A stretch of DNA of 64,000 nt. Origin: an uncultured delta proteobacterium. Its GTDB lineage: Bacteria; Myxococcota_A; Polyangia; Polyangiales; Polyangiaceae. The notes under the pieces were generated by a model, which had not been told where the DNA came from, did not search any database, and was given only the letters and a program-made list of their open reading frames with translations. The stretch spans positions 864,001-928,000 of the forward strand of contig CAWKKR010000001.1 in assembly GCA_963850305.1 (NCBI GenBank), given 5' to 3'. Within the stretch, counting starts at the first letter, position 1. Each line of letters begins with the position of its first letter. A program made the position numbers and the translations under genes. This document shows, piece by piece, positions 61,551-64,000 of this stretch.

Positions 61551-61975
61551 CGGGCGGGATGGCTCCGGAAAGTCCAGAGCGCGGCCGCAGACTCGACCGG
61601 ACGCGCAGCGGCGGGAACGGTCGTCAGTGCGCAGAGCGGCGCGGGGCAGCTCGGGAAGGCGCTCGTCTTCAGCGGCACCGACGCGCACGTCGAGGCCGGC
61701 TCGGCGAACGACATCGACGACATCTTCGCGAAAGGCGCGACCGTGAGCGCCTGGATCGATCCGACCGGCTGGGGCGGAAACAACTTTGGCCGAGTCTTCG
61801 ACGAGGAGACGGACGTCAACCCGGGGGCGCGCTGCAGCTCGACGACAGCAACAACGCTACTCCGGATCACTCGCTGCGCTTCGAGCACGGGTTTGGCACG
61901 GGCAAAGGCGGCTGGGAGTCGCCCACGAACTCGATCGCACTGAACGAGTGGACCCACGTTTCCGTAGACGCTCCC
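61551..61975 (+). pseudogene. LamG-like jelly-roll domain remnant
   Basis: ADSTG..GT....GQLGKALVFSG...TVSAWI.P....GRVFD, frameshift near 61825, then LRF...I.LNEWTHV; no start codon. Confidence 0.65.
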
Positions 61976-61995
61976 CTGAGCTCGGGCATGGAAGC

Positions 61996-62685
61996 TCAGC
62001 CCGGGTTTCGCGCAACGGTGAGCGTCTGAGCGCCGAGCACGACGCGTCTCAGCATTGGCTCGAGCGGGCGGAGCTGTGCGAAGAGGCGCGGAAAGAACAC
62101 GATGTAGTCGACACGCTCCACGAGGAATCCGGCTCCAACCAGGAGCGGCCGGAGCTCCCACGGGTAGAGCAGGACGGCATCGTCGTCGAACGGACATCTG
62201 GCGACCGAGCGCCGGGTGAACGGGTTGAGCGGGTTGTGCTCGAACAGGAACAGGCGACCCCCCGGCATCAACTTCGTACGGAGCCGGGACAGGACCTCGC
62301 GACGCTCACCAACGGACACATGATGAATGACCCCGGCGCAGACGGCCGTCGCGAAATGACCAGGCTCCAGGTCGTCTTCGGTCCCGACGCACCGCGCGTC
62401 CGGCACCCGTCGTCGTGCGTGCTCGAGGCTCACCGGCGACGGTTCGTACGCGGTGATGTCGTCGAACTCGAACGACAGGCGCTCGGTCAGGCTTCCGACG
62501 CCGGCGCCGAAATCCAGGATGGGCCGGCCGCGTGGCGCGCCGAGCCGGAGGAGGCACCTGAGCTTGTATTCCGCGAAGTACTCGGGCGGCTCGCCACTGT
62601 CGCGGAGGCTCGTCTCGAGCAGTGCGGCGTATTCTGCGGCGTAGGCGTCGAACTTCGGCGGCGGGGCGGCGGCATTCTCGCGCAT
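61996..62685 (-). CDS. Class I SAM-dependent methyltransferase
   Basis: ILDFGAGVG, VIHH, L.PGG..F.FEHNP.NP. Confidence 0.88.
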   Translation of the reverse strand: MRENAAAPPPKFDAYAAEYAALLETSLRDSGEPPEYFAEYKLRCLLRLGAPRGRPILDFGAGVGSLTERLSFEFDDITAYEPSPVSLEHARRRVPDARCVGTEDDLEPGHFATAVCAGVIHHVSVGERREVLSRLRTKLMPGGRLFLFEHNPLNPFTRRSVARCPFDDDAVLLYPWELRPLLVGAGFLVERVDYIVFFPRLFAQLRPLEPMLRRVVLGAQTLTVARNPG

Positions 62686-62764
62686 GGGGGCCGACAGATT
62701 AGCAGAGCATTTGCCGGGAACGCGTGGAGCGACGGCCGAAACGACGTGGTATACGGGCGCGCGA

Positions 62765-64000
62765 ATGAACGCGACGGAGGTCGATCCACGGCTCGAGACG
62801 CCGGCGCTCACGACACTCTGTCGCTCGTTCGCGCTCCTCGGCGCCGAAGGCGCGGCCGTCGGACTCGGGCTCTGGAGTCTTCGCGTGGGGGACGCGTTCT
62901 CGGCCTACGTCGCGGGCAACGTCCTCACCACCGCTCAGCGCACCTTCGTCATGGCCGACCTCTTCGGGGGCGCCGCCGTCGCGATGCTCGTCGGCGCGCT
63001 GATCCTCGCGCGGCGCCGCTCCGCGGGCGTGGAGACCGTACGTCGGCTCGCGTTTCGCCTGTCCCCGCTGATCCTCGTCTGGCTCGCCCCCCTGCTCTTC
63101 AACTGGCGACTCTGGAAGGACCGGGAGCTTCAATTCCTGGCCCTTGCGGGGCTGCTCGGCGTGGGCCTGCAGCGCCTCGTTCGCGTATCGCTCCTGACGC
63201 CGAGCGTGTTCCCTCGCCTGCCGGCACCGTCGTTCGTCCGCTCGGCGGGGAGACGCATCGCGAGTGCGTTCGACGGAGTTCTGCCGACGGTGCTCGTGGT
63301 GATGGGAGCGCTGGGGTACGCCGCTTTCTTCTCCTTTTTTACCATCCGCAATCACTACCGTCTCGGCACCGCGGCGATGGACCTCGGGCTAGAGGACAAC
63401 CTCATCTACAACGCGGTCCACTGGGGACCACTCTTCAAGTCTTCGCCGCTCGGAGGGCCGACCTCATCGCACGGCGGCTTTCACCAGACCTACTTCGCGT
63501 ACCTCATCGCCATTCCCTATCGGTTCGCGCCCACGCCGCGGACGCTCCTCGTCATCCAGGCGTTTCTCATGGGCGCCGCGGCGGTGCCGCTCTACTTCTT
63601 CGCGCGCCGCAAGCTTTCTCGGGCCGTCGCGTGTTTGATCGCGTTTCTCTATCTCATCTACGCGCCGCTCCACGGGGCAAACCTTTACGACTTCCACTAT
63701 CTACCTCTCGCGACGGTCTTTCTCTGGACCACCCTGAACCTCGTCGAGGGGAGACGCTACTGGTGGGCCTCGTTCGTCGTGCTCGTGACCTTGTCGATCC
63801 GGGAGGACGTCTCGGCGCTACTGGTCATCATCGGGGGCTATTTGCTCTTCACCGGCGACAGACCGCTCCCCGGGCTCGTCCTCGCGCTGGTGAGTACCGC
63901 GTATTTCATCGCTCTGAAGATGTTCATCATGCCGCGCTTCATGGGCGGCACGGAATCCTTCATTCATCAGTACAGCGGCTTCTTGCCGGCGGGCGAGAAG
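62765..64000 (+). CDS. DUF2079-like polytopic membrane protein (GT-C-like), runs off the window
   Basis: Frame open from ATG 62765 to the end; many TM helices; MDLG..DN, YDFH and RED motifs. Confidence 0.75.
   Translation, partial: MNATEVDPRLETPALTTLCRSFALLGAEGAAVGLGLWSLRVGDAFSAYVAGNVLTTAQRTFVMADLFGGAAVAMLVGALILARRRSAGVETVRRLAFRLSPLILVWLAPLLFNWRLWKDRELQFLALAGLLGVGLQRLVRVSLLTPSVFPRLPAPSFVRSAGRRIASAFDGVLPTVLVVMGALGYAAFFSFFTIRNHYRLGTAAMDLGLEDNLIYNAVHWGPLFKSSPLGGPTSSHGGFHQTYFAYLIAIPYRFAPTPRTLLVIQAFLMGAAAVPLYFFARRKLSRAVACLIAFLYLIYAPLHGANLYDFHYLPLATVFLWTTLNLVEGRRYWWASFVVLVTLSIREDVSALLVIIGGYLLFTGDRPLPGLVLALVSTAYFIALKMFIMPRFMGGTESFIHQYSGFLPAGEK

Overview
GC-rich, gene-dense bacterial chromosomal segment. 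It is most likely from a myxobacterium (Myxococcota, Polyangiaceae/Sorangiineae-like), inferred from a MYXO-CTERM-type tail, many Cys-rich/EGF lipoproteins, a Ser/Thr kinase and an ECF sigma/DGPF pair. About 50 CDSs and two tRNAs (Thr-CGT, Arg-CCT) are supported. Recognisable genes include metK, a glnB-glnA(GSI)-GSIII operon, ruvB, gloB, a Bcp peroxiredoxin, MscS, DedA, an L,D-transpeptidase and an SLC13 permease. No CRISPR array, integrase, transposase or rRNA is visible. The main leads are: (1) three lipoproteins with different Cys-rich stalks and one shared, unnamed ~270-370 aa C-terminal domain, two of which flank a FadL-like outer-membrane barrel; (2) a 74-aa protein resembling the Acb2/Tad1 helical-hairpin nucleotide-sponge family beside the tRNA-Thr 3' end, with no phage context; (3) a membrane-anchored P-loop ATPase paired with MscS; (4) an intact plus a degenerate histidine kinase with no response regulator; (5) MetK with a basic tail; (6) single-base frameshifts in NUDIX and GGDEF genes and a LamG remnant. 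All family calls come from motif recognition by eye; no database search was run.
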